64,000 bases of DNA from an uncultured bacterium (GTDB lineage Bacteria > Patescibacteriota > JACMRA01): positions 96,001 to 160,000 of the forward strand of contig CAWAQU010000003.1 in assembly GCA_963784355.1 (NCBI GenBank). Direction: 5' to 3'. The translations under genes were made by a program, and so were the position numbers. The notes beneath the pieces are model-generated. The model searched no databases. It was not told the DNA's origin and saw nothing but the letters and a program-made list of their open reading frames with translations. Positions 9,783 to 19,635 of this stretch are shown one piece after another; within the stretch, counting starts at the first letter, position 1; the number at the start of each line of letters is the position of its first letter.

Positions 9783-11033
9783 TTAAACCAGCATTATTTT
9801 CTCAAAAGCCTTGGCATTTATGCTGTAAACTTCATGATAACAGCCTATAAACATGCCCATATTCCAAGTTTGTTTCTCAATACCCATCGGAGTACCATGC
9901 TGACCATGCAAAAACTCATTAAACTCCCAGTCATTTATGCCGTTTGCTTCCGCAAGCTTAAACATTTCCTCCTCAGTTTTAGGATGTTCAACCTGACTCA
10001 ATAGCGTCACCCAAAAGGCCCCAATATAAGGCCAAATTCCTCCATTATGGTACTGCCAAGGATAGTTTTGCCTATTTTTTGACATATACTCTTTCCAGTC
10101 TTGCTCTCCCGGATAAATTGGAGGATATAGAGCTTTTATAGGATACGGTAAATTTGCTCCTGAACGAAAAACATGGTCCACAATTTTATTAATTTTTTGC
10201 TCATCAGCTAGACCTACCAAACAAGCTAAAATATTTCCATAAGCTTCAAACCTCATTTCAAATGTTTTGTGACTCACATACCCCAAATAATACGGCAAAT
10301 AATTTGCTTTAGAATTTATATTTTCAAGGGTGCTTACCATTCCCAGATTTTTTTGCAAATATGATTTATCTTGGAGACAGTTCAAATTTCCGCTACTTTC
10401 TTTATGTACCCAAAAAACAGTATTAAAGGCCTCATAAGTTATTTCTTTTTGGCTCACTAGCTCCTCCCTCCCCTCTACTTCAATCCTAAGTTTAATCAAC
10501 CAGTACCATAAAGCATTAGTATAAAGTACAGCCCCTTGCCTCGGCATTTCGTCGGCCCAATCCGACGCTTCACCCTGCTCCAATAGCCCGTCATGATTTT
10601 GGTCTTGGTAGGTAATCCAGGTAAAAGCACGTTCTAGATTTACTTTATATTTTTCATAAAAGTCCGTATCTTTGGACGATTTATAATATTCCAGAAAAGC
10701 AATGCACCACCATAAAGTGCCGTCAATTGATCCCGGATTCCACCATTTTACCTTATTTGTCTCTGGCTGATAATAAAATGGGAATTGTCCTAGTTCAGAC
10801 TGAGCTTTAGTTAAAGTTTCCAACGATTTTTTAGCGGTTTCTATTAATTCTTGATTTTTAGATTTTAAAACCCCGATTGTTGTCACTCCAACATCTCTAC
10901 AAAAAAGAGCTGTATACACTTTTGCTTTACTCTCTTCCGAGCCCGGATTAGCTGCCAAATAACCATATTCAGTAGCATTATTTAGCAAATTCTCTACTGC
11001 TTTTTCGTAACAAGTTCTGATGAGATCTTTCAT
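9783..11033 (-). CDS. (alpha/alpha)6 glycoside hydrolase (GH100 invertase / amylo-alpha-1,6-glucosidase-like)
   Basis: IDGTLWW, DWADEM, YHNGGIWP, FNEFLHG and QTWN motifs. Confidence 0.82.
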   Translation of the reverse strand: MKDLIRTCYEKAVENLLNNATEYGYLAANPGSEESKAKVYTALFCRDVGVTTIGVLKSKNQELIETAKKSLETLTKAQSELGQFPFYYQPETNKVKWWNPGSIDGTLWWCIAFLEYYKSSKDTDFYEKYKVNLERAFTWITYQDQNHDGLLEQGEASDWADEMPRQGAVLYTNALWYWLIKLRIEVEGREELVSQKEITYEAFNTVFWVHKESSGNLNCLQDKSYLQKNLGMVSTLENINSKANYLPYYLGYVSHKTFEMRFEAYGNILACLVGLADEQKINKIVDHVFRSGANLPYPIKALYPPIYPGEQDWKEYMSKNRQNYPWQYHNGGIWPYIGAFWVTLLSQVEHPKTEEEMFKLAEANGINDWEFNEFLHGQHGTPMGIEKQTWNMGMFIGCYHEVYSINAKAFEKIMLV

Positions 11034-11101
11034 ATTGCATGAATTTAAGTCAACACCTTAATTAGAGCAAAATAATTTTTTTTGTAAATAGGGATTTAAT
11101 T

Positions 11102-11509
11102 TTATTTAACAATTACATCAGGTTTAGCCTCTTCCAGTAAATATCTATCTACAAGCTTACTTTTTTCATACATACTAACCTTTTTAGCTTTGCCTTGGCT
11201 AATTAATTTTTTTAAAACCCCCAAAACCTCACGTTGACTTAAAAATTCAGCCCGTTTTACTACTCCTTTGTTATATTGCTTGATTATTTCATCATTACAT
11301 CGTCTCACTAATTCATTACATAATAAGGCTTCATCTGAATTTAATACCCCAAGCACTTTTGGTTCGCTTTTCTCAAATTGTTCTTCTGTTATTTCTCGAT
11401 TAAATGGATTATACATGTCAATTTTATAGCTATGACCCGGAGCCAAGTAATCACGACTATTCCTAGCCATTTCCATTTTTTTATTATGTTCCGAAAAATT
11501 TAAACCCAT
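11102..11509 (-). CDS. Hypothetical protein
   Basis: 135-aa ATG ORF filling an intergenic gap. Confidence 0.65.
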   Translation of the reverse strand: MGLNFSEHNKKMEMARNSRDYLAPGHSYKIDMYNPFNREITEEQFEKSEPKVLGVLNSDEALLCNELVRRCNDEIIKQYNKGVVKRAEFLSQREVLGVLKKLISQGKAKKVSMYEKSKLVDRYLLEEAKPDVIVK

Positions 11510-11624
11510 AAAATTGTATTAAAAATTTGTATTATATATAACATAGCACATTTTTTTAGCTTTTGCAATTATACAGCACCCTCGCACATCTTTATTTTAA
11601 AACACTTGCTAAATATCAATAATC

Positions 11625-12239
11625 ATGCTTCTCTTAAGATTGATACATATGACTGCACAGTTAATAAAAACAAAATTTACAGAATACAATGCATTTATTT
11701 TTGTTGGTTTATTTGCCATTTTACAATTTAGCCTAGTTTTTTTAAGACCGGATTTGGGATTATCTAGAGATTTGATAAGTGATTATGGAGTAGGAAAACA
11801 TAGCTGGGTTTTTTCACTAAGTTTAATTTTTCTGACTCTTGCAAAAGTTTTTTTAATTTTTAAATTGGAAGTTAGAAATACAATTGCTAATAAAATCTCA
11901 AGGTTTGGTATTGCAGCGTCTGCTATCTCTGCCTTTCTTATAGCTTTTTTCCCGACCGATGTCACTGCAAACAAAACTGATATAGGGCTAATTCATAATT
12001 TTAGCGCCGTCACTACTTTCACTGCTACAGCGATATTCTTTATGGCTTTAGCTTACAATTTTAAGAGCTATGCTTTTTCTAAAATCAGATTTTTTGTTGC
12101 TATAGTAAATGCCACTATACTCATTGCCCTTGGCCTTGCACCAGTAGAAATTAAAGGTCTAATAGAAAGGCTTATGATGTGCTCAATAATTATAGGGCTT
12201 TCATATTATTCTCTATATCTGAAAAAATCCGGTAGATAA
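11625..12239 (+). CDS. DUF998 family membrane protein; start may be 11649
   Basis: ISDYGVG, FPTD, IHN and GLIER motifs. Confidence 0.78.
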   Translation: MLLLRLIHMTAQLIKTKFTEYNAFIFVGLFAILQFSLVFLRPDLGLSRDLISDYGVGKHSWVFSLSLIFLTLAKVFLIFKLEVRNTIANKISRFGIAASAISAFLIAFFPTDVTANKTDIGLIHNFSAVTTFTATAIFFMALAYNFKSYAFSKIRFFVAIVNATILIALGLAPVEIKGLIERLMMCSIIIGLSYYSLYLKKSGR

Positions 12240-12252
12240 AAGAGTTTTTGTA

Positions 12253-13620
12253 TTAGTTGCTACTTTTTACTGTAGAGGATGAATTAGTTGTAGAGGTAGA
12301 AGAGCTAGAAGTGGTACCTGAGTTTGTTGCAGAGCTATTTGTAGAATTTGTAGGGATATTTTCACTTGTATCTATACTTGGAGTTGGAACAGTACCTTTA
12401 CTCGTAGCGTTTGTCGTACCGGCAGATGTACTTGTTGTAGTGTTTGTATCATTACATTTTGCTTCAACATATCCTTTTTCTATATCGGACACTGTTGCTC
12501 CGGTAGATTTTAGAGTAGAGATTGTAGGTTCAACCAACTTTCTTAAACTGATACTATTTGTAATTTGTTGCAGTCTATCTTTTTCAAATTTTGCAGATGA
12601 GTTTAAAATAGGATCTATACAATTTGAAATTTCACTCCCGTCTTTTGCGCTATTGTTATTACTATCTGATTTTACTGCATCAGTATAGTATACATACAAT
12701 TCATCTCCATCAGCGATACCATCTTTATCAGTATCATTTAATAAAGGATCAGTCTGGAAATTATACTCTTCAATATTGGTAATATTATCATTATCAGTAT
12801 CAGCTTGCTCTCCACAGGCTTTCTCATTTGTACAACTGCCTGTATTGTCTCTGACATCACTTCCGAATTTACTTAAAACCCAATCTTTAGGTAGAGTGCT
12901 CAAATTATATTTTCTGGATAGACTGGCAGGTGAGTTTGGACCACCGGTTAGAGAAGTATTAAAATTAGTTTTCTTTTCCGTAGATTTTGGACTTTCCTCT
13001 ACAACTTGAGTTGGAGCTGGTGTTTTATTATTCTGTGCTTCTTGGTAATTTCTATACATTAAAAACCCTAAGGCTCCTAGTAGTACCAAAATTATTAGGG
13101 TAGCTGTAACAAAGAAAAGACCCCTATTTCCTGCTTTTGGTTCTTTAAAGCTATTTTGGCTACCTGCCAGTTGACTTTGCTCATCAGGATATGCTCCATA
13201 GGGATTTTGAGGAATATTAGCACCATATGTAGCCGTAGGTGGTTGATTATACCCGGGCATTGGAGAAGATTGTTGTGGTTGTGTTGGAATCCCTATTGGT
13301 GAGGCGACAGGTTGCTGTATTCCTACTCCATAACCTTGCATTCCTTGATTATAGTTATTGTTATAGCCTACTTGATTTGGAAACCCACCCTGACCTACAT
13401 TGTTTGCCTGAGGGGGATATTGCTGTTGTGGATTCTGATTTCCGTAATCTTGGTTATAATATGCTGCATATGGATCCGGTGGGACGTTTTGATAAGCCTC
13501 ATTATTATTGTTACCATATACTGGTTGACCTTGCATAGGACCTTGAACAGGAGGGACATATGGAGGAATATATTGAGGGTTAGGGTTATATGATTGGTTT
13601 TGGTTGGGATCTTGCACCAT
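12253..13620 (-). CDS. Membrane-anchored protein with Q/N/P/Y-rich N-terminus, one TM, TSP3-like DxDxDG repeats and S/T-rich tail
   Basis: Composition; DTDNDNITNIEE and DTDKDGIADGDE repeats. Confidence 0.8.
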   Translation of the reverse strand: MVQDPNQNQSYNPNPQYIPPYVPPVQGPMQGQPVYGNNNNEAYQNVPPDPYAAYYNQDYGNQNPQQQYPPQANNVGQGGFPNQVGYNNNYNQGMQGYGVGIQQPVASPIGIPTQPQQSSPMPGYNQPPTATYGANIPQNPYGAYPDEQSQLAGSQNSFKEPKAGNRGLFFVTATLIILVLLGALGFLMYRNYQEAQNNKTPAPTQVVEESPKSTEKKTNFNTSLTGGPNSPASLSRKYNLSTLPKDWVLSKFGSDVRDNTGSCTNEKACGEQADTDNDNITNIEEYNFQTDPLLNDTDKDGIADGDELYVYYTDAVKSDSNNNSAKDGSEISNCIDPILNSSAKFEKDRLQQITNSISLRKLVEPTISTLKSTGATVSDIEKGYVEAKCNDTNTTTSTSAGTTNATSKGTVPTPSIDTSENIPTNSTNSSATNSGTTSSSSTSTTNSSSTVKSSN

Positions 13621-13697
13621 ATTTATGTCTTATGCAATAATTTTACACTAATTAAGTCAGCTTGTCAAAAGATAATTATTATTGTAAAATATTATAA

Positions 13698-14384
13698 ATG
13701 GCAGATAATAATTCCATAGATGCAAATGCAGCAAAAAGTAAAAGCTCTACTCTTGCTTTTGTAGAAATCAGCGAAATCAGAGATAGTGTGATTGTACTTC
13801 GGGAAAGTCAAATGAGGGCTATTCTTGCTGTTTCTTCTGCAAATTTTGCTTTAAAAAGTTCCCAGGAACAAGAAATTATTATCGGTACTTTTCAAGGTGT
13901 GCTAAACTCTCTTGAATTTCCTATCCAAATCTTAGTACAAAGTAGGAAATTGGATTTAAATCCTTACATTGCCAAATTAAAACAATTGGAAGACCAACAG
14001 ACCAACGATTTGCTGAGAGTTAAAATGCAGGAGTATATAGAATACATCAAAGAGATGCTTCATGAAGTCAATATCATGAATAAAGATTTTTTTGTGATTA
14101 TTGGATATGAACCTATAACTTTAAGTGAGGGGCTTTTCGGCAGATTCTTTAGAGCTCTAAACCCAACTAGAATTATCAAGCAGAAACAAGAAGATTTTGT
14201 GAGAAATAGACGTACTTTAATGGGTAAAGTGGACCAAATGGCTTCTAGGTTGAGCAATTTAGACTTAAAAGTAAATCTACTAAATACAGAGGAGTTAATT
14301 GCATTAATGTACAATTCCTACAATCCTGATACTTTAGAATCAATTAGATTAAGAGATGTCGGTAGTATTGATGTTTTATTGTAA
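13698..14384 (+). CDS. TraC-like / VirB4-associated small protein of the type common in CPR
   Basis: EIRD, NFALKSxxEQE, LNSLEFPIQI, SRKLD and YNSYNP motifs. Confidence 0.7.
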   Translation: MADNNSIDANAAKSKSSTLAFVEISEIRDSVIVLRESQMRAILAVSSANFALKSSQEQEIIIGTFQGVLNSLEFPIQILVQSRKLDLNPYIAKLKQLEDQQTNDLLRVKMQEYIEYIKEMLHEVNIMNKDFFVIIGYEPITLSEGLFGRFFRALNPTRIIKQKQEDFVRNRRTLMGKVDQMASRLSNLDLKVNLLNTEELIALMYNSYNPDTLESIRLRDVGSIDVLL

Positions 14385-14733
14385 GAGAAAAGAATTTTTA
14401 ATCATTTACTAAATAGCATTCACATTTACATCAAGCACATTTTTTTGTCGAATTTTACGATATCCCGCAATCATTTATAGGTAACTATTTTCACTACTTT
14501 GCCAGCTATGTCTGGATAAAGTTTACAGGAAATTTGAAAGTAAGATAAATAGTATTTACGGCGAGTTTATTGCCAATTATACAGTAAGAATGAACTAACT
14601 ATATATATAGAATTATAAAAATAATTCCTCTGAATTTATCAAGTCTTTTTGTTTTAAACTGTATACAACGTGAATACACAAAATAATATTTTAAGTATAC
14701 CACTCCAACTATTACAAAATATTTTAGGCAAAG

Positions 14734-14756
14734 AAAAATTGCCCCTTTCGGAGCAA
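14734..14756 (-). terminator. 5S rRNA terminator
   Basis: TTGCTCC-GAAA-GGGGCAA followed by TTTTT. Confidence 0.8.
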
Positions 14757-14766
14757 CTAATCAGAT

Positions 14767-14882
14767 ATCGGCTTTGGCCTACTTTCCCCGGAATCTGCAT
14801 TCCAGTATCATCAGCGTAGCTGCGTTTCAAGACTCTGTTCGGAATGGGAAGAGTTGGTTCCACAGCACTTGGAAAACCGACA
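14767..14882 (-). rRNA. rrf: 5S rRNA, stand-alone; ends approximate
   Basis: CCCATTCCGAAC loop C, GATGATACT and GGGAAAGTAGG motifs; terminal helix TCGGTTTT/AAAGCCGA. Confidence 0.93.
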
Positions 14883-14887
14883 TTTAT

Positions 14888-14917
14888 ATATTAAACACAT
14901 GATTTAGATTTTGTCAA
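14888..14917 (-). promoter_or_regulatory. Sigma70 promoter for the 5S rRNA
   Basis: TTGACA-N18-TAATAT ending about 6 nt before the 5S 5' end. Confidence 0.7.
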
Positions 14918-14918
14918 C

Positions 14919-16304
14919 CTATTTTTTATTTGATTTTGGTCTTCTTTTAGTTTTCTCTTCAACTATTGAACTTGCTATATCGCTTTGCTCTTCTTGAGGT
15001 AACTCTGTTTTAGTGGTAACCTCTTCTATTTTTTCTGCTTTTACTTCATTTATCAAAGTCTCTTTTGGTAAAGCTTTATCAGAACTCTTTTCAGCTGTTC
15101 TCTTTTTTGTTAGTAAAAGATAAGCTACAATTCCCAACAAAAGTAAAACTACAAATCCTAATGTATATGTAAGGAACTTTTCACTTTTGGAATCTGCAGG
15201 CTCAGTCTTAGCCTCGTGCTTTTCCTCTTTTGGTGTCTCTTCTTTAATAGTTTGAGTTTGTTTTGTACCCTTATTTTCAATTTTGGGTTGAGTTTTACCG
15301 GACTTATATTTCTCAAAATCCGATTTTATTTGATCCAAATTAGCTTGATTCATTTCAAATTCTGTTTCTACCATTTTTGTAGGACTGATTTCCTTGACTT
15401 CAGATTTATAACTTGAAACAACCAGTGGGTCATCAAATGTAAATCTAGCCTTGTACTTACCTACCTGCCACTTACTTCCGGGAATAGACAAATAGTCCAC
15501 TTTAACAAGAGAATCTGTATAACCATAGTCACGATTAAACTTGGTCTCAATAGTTTTTCCATCAGGGCCAGTCATTTCTACTTTACCTACCATTTTTGTA
15601 AACACGTTTCCGATATTCTTAAAATTCATGTTTAGGTAAACTTCTTCATTATTTAAATGTGCGTTATCTTTAATGAAATTACTATATAGCTCTTCGGATG
15701 TGTATTTTTTATCTGGAGTAATGAATTTAAAGTTTGTAAACTCAAATCCTTTTTTCAGATCACCTGGAATTGTAATATAAAATCTTACTCCTACTCTACT
15801 TACTACATTAAGACCTGAACCTTGAGGGCCTTTTGGTGCCTCTTTAACTGCAACTACACCTGCATATTCGCCTGATTTTACATCAGTTGGTACAGTTAGT
15901 TTAAAACCGACATTTACCATTTTTTTACCAGGCACAGTGACCTCATTACTGTCTAATTTAATCCAATTACCTACCCCACTAAGATCTTCTTGATCTGTAA
16001 AAGAAAAAGATCCGTTTGCAGAAGAGTAATCCTCTGGATCAACTAACAAGCGTTTCTCTTCAGGGTCAAAATTAGAAATGGAAATACTGCTCTGGAAACT
16101 GTCCCCAGGCTTTAAAACTTTTATAAAAGAGCTTTTAGTATAGATTTCTTTTGGATCATAATTTTCACTATTTGGTCCTACAGCAATACCGCTGTTGCCA
16201 GCTGCTTCCTGTGTATTTACAGCAGCAGTAAAAGTAAAGACTGGCATCAAAGCAAAAATTAGAGTTCCTGTAGCAATGTTTTGTAAGGTTTTTGATGAGA
16301 ACAT
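14919..16304 (-). CDS. DUF916-like (WxL-interacting) cell-surface protein with C-terminal TM
   Basis: Signal peptide, LKPGD, VGNWI, PxDxxSGEYAG, RVGVRFYITIPG and KNIGNV motifs, TM anchor. Confidence 0.75.
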   Translation of the reverse strand: MFSSKTLQNIATGTLIFALMPVFTFTAAVNTQEAAGNSGIAVGPNSENYDPKEIYTKSSFIKVLKPGDSFQSSISISNFDPEEKRLLVDPEDYSSANGSFSFTDQEDLSGVGNWIKLDSNEVTVPGKKMVNVGFKLTVPTDVKSGEYAGVVAVKEAPKGPQGSGLNVVSRVGVRFYITIPGDLKKGFEFTNFKFITPDKKYTSEELYSNFIKDNAHLNNEEVYLNMNFKNIGNVFTKMVGKVEMTGPDGKTIETKFNRDYGYTDSLVKVDYLSIPGSKWQVGKYKARFTFDDPLVVSSYKSEVKEISPTKMVETEFEMNQANLDQIKSDFEKYKSGKTQPKIENKGTKQTQTIKEETPKEEKHEAKTEPADSKSEKFLTYTLGFVVLLLLGIVAYLLLTKKRTAEKSSDKALPKETLINEVKAEKIEEVTTKTELPQEEQSDIASSIVEEKTKRRPKSNKK

Positions 16305-16404
16305 AATTATTTGAGAGGTATGATTTAAGCAATTTACAGCTTTCTAACTATTTAAAAAGCTCTAAGCTGCCGACACATTTGTGTCAAGCTGGCTTTCATA
16401 TGAT

Positions 16405-17067
16405 TTATAGACCTGAAATGTCTACTGTAAGAGTACCACTATATGATTGAGCAGTAACAATTTCTTTAGTTGGAGCAGGATATTCTCCTTTAGCAGGAAT
16501 TGTAAGACTAGTTTCAATAGTACCTCCATAACTACCTCCACCTACGCTCTGATTTGAAGGGGCATCAAGTAAATTAAAATTATTACTATAGCCAACATTC
16601 GTTAAAGCTGAAAGAGAAGAGATTGTTTGAGAGGAGTTGTACGTTGTAAGGCTTGATACAAGATCAGGACCTCCTGTTACAGCTACATTTTTAACCTTAC
16701 CGGCTAAATATTTAGAAGCTGTTCCAAAATTAGCACTAACATCAGAAGCCAATAAAATTTTCTTACTGGCTAAGGTCTGTCCAGCCAAATTGGTATATTT
16801 GAACGTAGAAGTCCAACCACCTAAAGTACCACGATAATCACTAATTGTAAAAGGAATATCTGTTACACTGGTCTGGGCTGTATTGTTTAAAGTGATTCCA
16901 CTCAAAGTATAACTCGGATTTGGAATACTTATCTCAATCTGACCTGGAGCAACCGCTAAAGATACTTGAGTATTGTCTGTTGTAGCAGCTGAAACTGGGA
17001 GAGCGGTAGCAACACCTGCAGCTGCAAGTAGCATAAAACTTGCTTGTAATTGTTTTGACGTAATCAT
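16405..17067 (-). CDS. WxL-domain-like secreted protein
   Basis: Signal peptide; ISDYRGTLGGW and terminal YSGTLT motifs. Confidence 0.7.
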   Translation of the reverse strand: MITSKQLQASFMLLAAAGVATALPVSAATTDNTQVSLAVAPGQIEISIPNPSYTLSGITLNNTAQTSVTDIPFTISDYRGTLGGWTSTFKYTNLAGQTLASKKILLASDVSANFGTASKYLAGKVKNVAVTGGPDLVSSLTTYNSSQTISSLSALTNVGYSNNFNLLDAPSNQSVGGGSYGGTIETSLTIPAKGEYPAPTKEIVTAQSYSGTLTVDISGL

Positions 17068-17170
17068 AGATATTTGTTTTTTGTGTTTGTTTTGTTTTTA
17101 CAAACTGATAAGTGGTACTTAAAAAGTTGCAACTTCTTTTGTGTACTTAACATCAATTATATACCTATTT

Positions 17171-18331
17171 TTAGACCTGGTCAAATTTTTGTAATTTAAG
17201 CACCAAATGCCCCACAAAAGAGTCTTTTCTGCTGTATGTTAAATACTTATCAGTATCAAAATTTATATAGTTATAGCTTGTATTTGCCACCAAATCATCT
17301 AAAAAGTTCGGTAAATGTGACTTGCCGTGTATTCGATAAAATGGTAAACAAAAAACAATTTCAGAAATATCAAGATTATCAGCATGTTTTATTAACTTCT
17401 GCCAAATTCCTTTTAAATTATCCCATTCTTGTTCAATCTGCTCTACTGTTGGAGTCCGCTTAAAGTTGAAACCCAAGTAACCTTCTGTCACAATAGCTAA
17501 TCCATTTATTTTCTCTTTACTTAAGTACTTAGTTGCCTGATCTAAATCACGAGCATCTAGTGTAAATATTGCAGCAAGCTTTTCCGAACCCAAGTCCACT
17601 TTTCTAAATCTACTCCAATAATTCAAAGCAAAGTCAAAATTATCCTTGATTTCTTGTTTTAGCACTTCCCCATCTAAATCCGAAGCATACTGCCGATTTT
17701 TTAGATCAATCCCAGCAACTAATAATCTCCCTGAACCACAGAAAGGGTCCCAAATGATTTGCTTTTTAGTATAATTCTGCAATGTTCTAGCCAATTTTAA
17801 ATTGATAAGCCCCCTACTCATATCTCCTGCTGGCAAGCCAGTGTCCAAGTTTTGCCAAAATTGCTGATCAAAAAAATTTCTTATTCTTCCTAAAATAATT
17901 TTATCTTCGTATATGAAAGTAATTAACCAATTTTTTGTTTGTTTCCAATGACCGTATGCCAAATTGTTAGTGTAATCTTGTATATTTATTTTTTTGGATC
18001 CCACTTCTTTAGAAACTATATAAGCTTTTTTGTGCAGCTCAACAGGCAAAACCAAGCCAAGTTTCTTTATTGGCTCGTCTTGACTCAATAGATAGTCTCT
18101 AAGTGTTTGTAAAATTTCAGACTCCAATTCACTAGTCTTACCTGTATTTTCCCAAGATTTTATAATTTCACCTTGATAAACTAAAGAACCTGTGGTGTTT
18201 ACGTCCAGAAATGTATTTCCTAGAAGGTATGCTTTGTCGGTAATAAAACCAGTTTCCTGAGTTAGTTTAGTAAATTCGGAGATTCCAAATTGAGGTTGAT
18301 GTCCTAATCTGTAAAAGTATTTAAAGTCCAT
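17171..18331 (-). CDS. Trm11/UPF0020-like SAM-dependent RNA methyltransferase
   Basis: KLAR, WDPFCGSG, SDLD, LDAR and VTEGYLG motifs. Confidence 0.75.
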   Translation of the reverse strand: MDFKYFYRLGHQPQFGISEFTKLTQETGFITDKAYLLGNTFLDVNTTGSLVYQGEIIKSWENTGKTSELESEILQTLRDYLLSQDEPIKKLGLVLPVELHKKAYIVSKEVGSKKINIQDYTNNLAYGHWKQTKNWLITFIYEDKIILGRIRNFFDQQFWQNLDTGLPAGDMSRGLINLKLARTLQNYTKKQIIWDPFCGSGRLLVAGIDLKNRQYASDLDGEVLKQEIKDNFDFALNYWSRFRKVDLGSEKLAAIFTLDARDLDQATKYLSKEKINGLAIVTEGYLGFNFKRTPTVEQIEQEWDNLKGIWQKLIKHADNLDISEIVFCLPFYRIHGKSHLPNFLDDLVANTSYNYINFDTDKYLTYSRKDSFVGHLVLKLQKFDQV

Positions 18332-18333
18332 AA

Positions 18334-19632
18334 TTAATTGCCTGAAGAATCGATATTTTTTATTGTTGTTTTAGTTGAAACGAGTTTTCTAAATTCTAAT
18401 AACGCCGTATAGGTACTCAATACTATAAATTCACTTTTTGCCTCCATTATTTTATTCAAAAGTTGATCAAGGTTTTCAATATAATTTTCTGAATTCACAA
18501 CACTATTTGCATATTCAAATCTCAAAAGTATGTCCAGACCCCTAGTTCCACCGGTATAAATTTGATTTATAGGTTGAGTGGTTACAAAATCTTCCAAATC
18601 AATATCCCAAAGCCAAGAAACATCTTTGCCATCTGCTATTTTGTCATTGATCAGAACAGCTAAGTTAATTGCTTGTTTTTGGTTATTATCGGAAATATAG
18701 TTTAAAACTTGATTGAATCCGGCCGGATTTTTAACTAACATTAATTTAATCCTACTTTCCCCTACTTGAATTTCTTCACCCCTGCCAAAAACAGGTTCAA
18801 AGTTCATAATAGGATCTAGGGCTCTTGTACCAAACTCTTCATAAGCAGGTAAAAAAGCTGCCAGAGCATTATAAATATTATATGTCCCGGGTAATTTGAG
18901 GTTGATTTTGTGGATTTTGTTATCTCCCGTTGCTACTTGAAAATTATTTCCATGAATGTTGTAAGCAATAAATTTTTCGCTGAAATTAATTTCTATATCT
19001 TCCGTACTTTCGAATTGTGGTTTTTTAGCTAAAGGTAGATTTAAACCAAAGCCATAAATTTTACCTTTGAAGTCATTTACACACTTAAGCAGTTTTTTGT
19101 CATCAGAATTCAAGTACAGTTTAAAATCAGGTTTTTTGGAACTTAATTTGATTGATTCCTCAAAATAATGCAGAGTTTTATCAATTTCACCATAAGCATC
19201 CAATTGGTCTCTAAAAATATTAGTTAATATCAATTTATCCGGTAAAATATATTTGCACAGCTTTGGTAAAGAAGCTTCTTCAACTTCTAAAATGGCTATT
19301 TTATTGATGTTTCTGCCTTGACCATCCAAATTCAATAGTAAGCTGCTAGCCACTCCTCTTAAAATATTAGCACCACCCCTATTTGTACAAACTTGTACTC
19401 CGTTTTGTTCATAAATATCAACCAGGATTGCTCTAGTTGTAGTTTTACCGTTGGTTCCGCTAATGAAAATAATCTGCTCAAAATCTTTGCCTATATAACC
19501 TAAAATGTCTATGAAGTATTTCTCTATCACGAGCCCGGGCAAACTTGTACCACTACCTTTTTTTAAAGCTCTACTTAAATAAGCCAGGGTTTTAGCAAAA
19601 TATGAAAGTAGTATGGTTTTTAATCTCAGCAT
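18334..19632 (-). CDS. murT: MurT-like Mur ligase (DUF1727), lipid II amidation subunit
   Basis: GTSLPG, GTNGKTTT, NIFRDQLD, LVKNPAG, ADGKDVSWLWD and TYTALL motifs. Confidence 0.9.
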   Translation of the reverse strand: MLRLKTILLSYFAKTLAYLSRALKKGSGTSLPGLVIEKYFIDILGYIGKDFEQIIFISGTNGKTTTRAILVDIYEQNGVQVCTNRGGANILRGVASSLLLNLDGQGRNINKIAILEVEEASLPKLCKYILPDKLILTNIFRDQLDAYGEIDKTLHYFEESIKLSSKKPDFKLYLNSDDKKLLKCVNDFKGKIYGFGLNLPLAKKPQFESTEDIEINFSEKFIAYNIHGNNFQVATGDNKIHKINLKLPGTYNIYNALAAFLPAYEEFGTRALDPIMNFEPVFGRGEEIQVGESRIKLMLVKNPAGFNQVLNYISDNNQKQAINLAVLINDKIADGKDVSWLWDIDLEDFVTTQPINQIYTGGTRGLDILLRFEYANSVVNSENYIENLDQLLNKIMEAKSEFIVLSTYTALLEFRKLVSTKTTIKNIDSSGN

Positions 19633-19635
19633 ATT

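Noticed and set aside
8218-12239. Possible island integrated at tRNA-Lys (amidase, GNAT, glycoside hydrolase)
   Set aside because: No integrase or duplicated tRNA 3' end was seen, and these genes lie on the 5' side of the tRNA.
14385-14730. ~350-bp gap with short broken reading frames
   Set aside because: No recognisable protein or RNA motif; a gene remnant is possible but unsupported.
14654-14863. 69-aa ORF
   Set aside because: It overlaps the 5S rRNA and its terminator.
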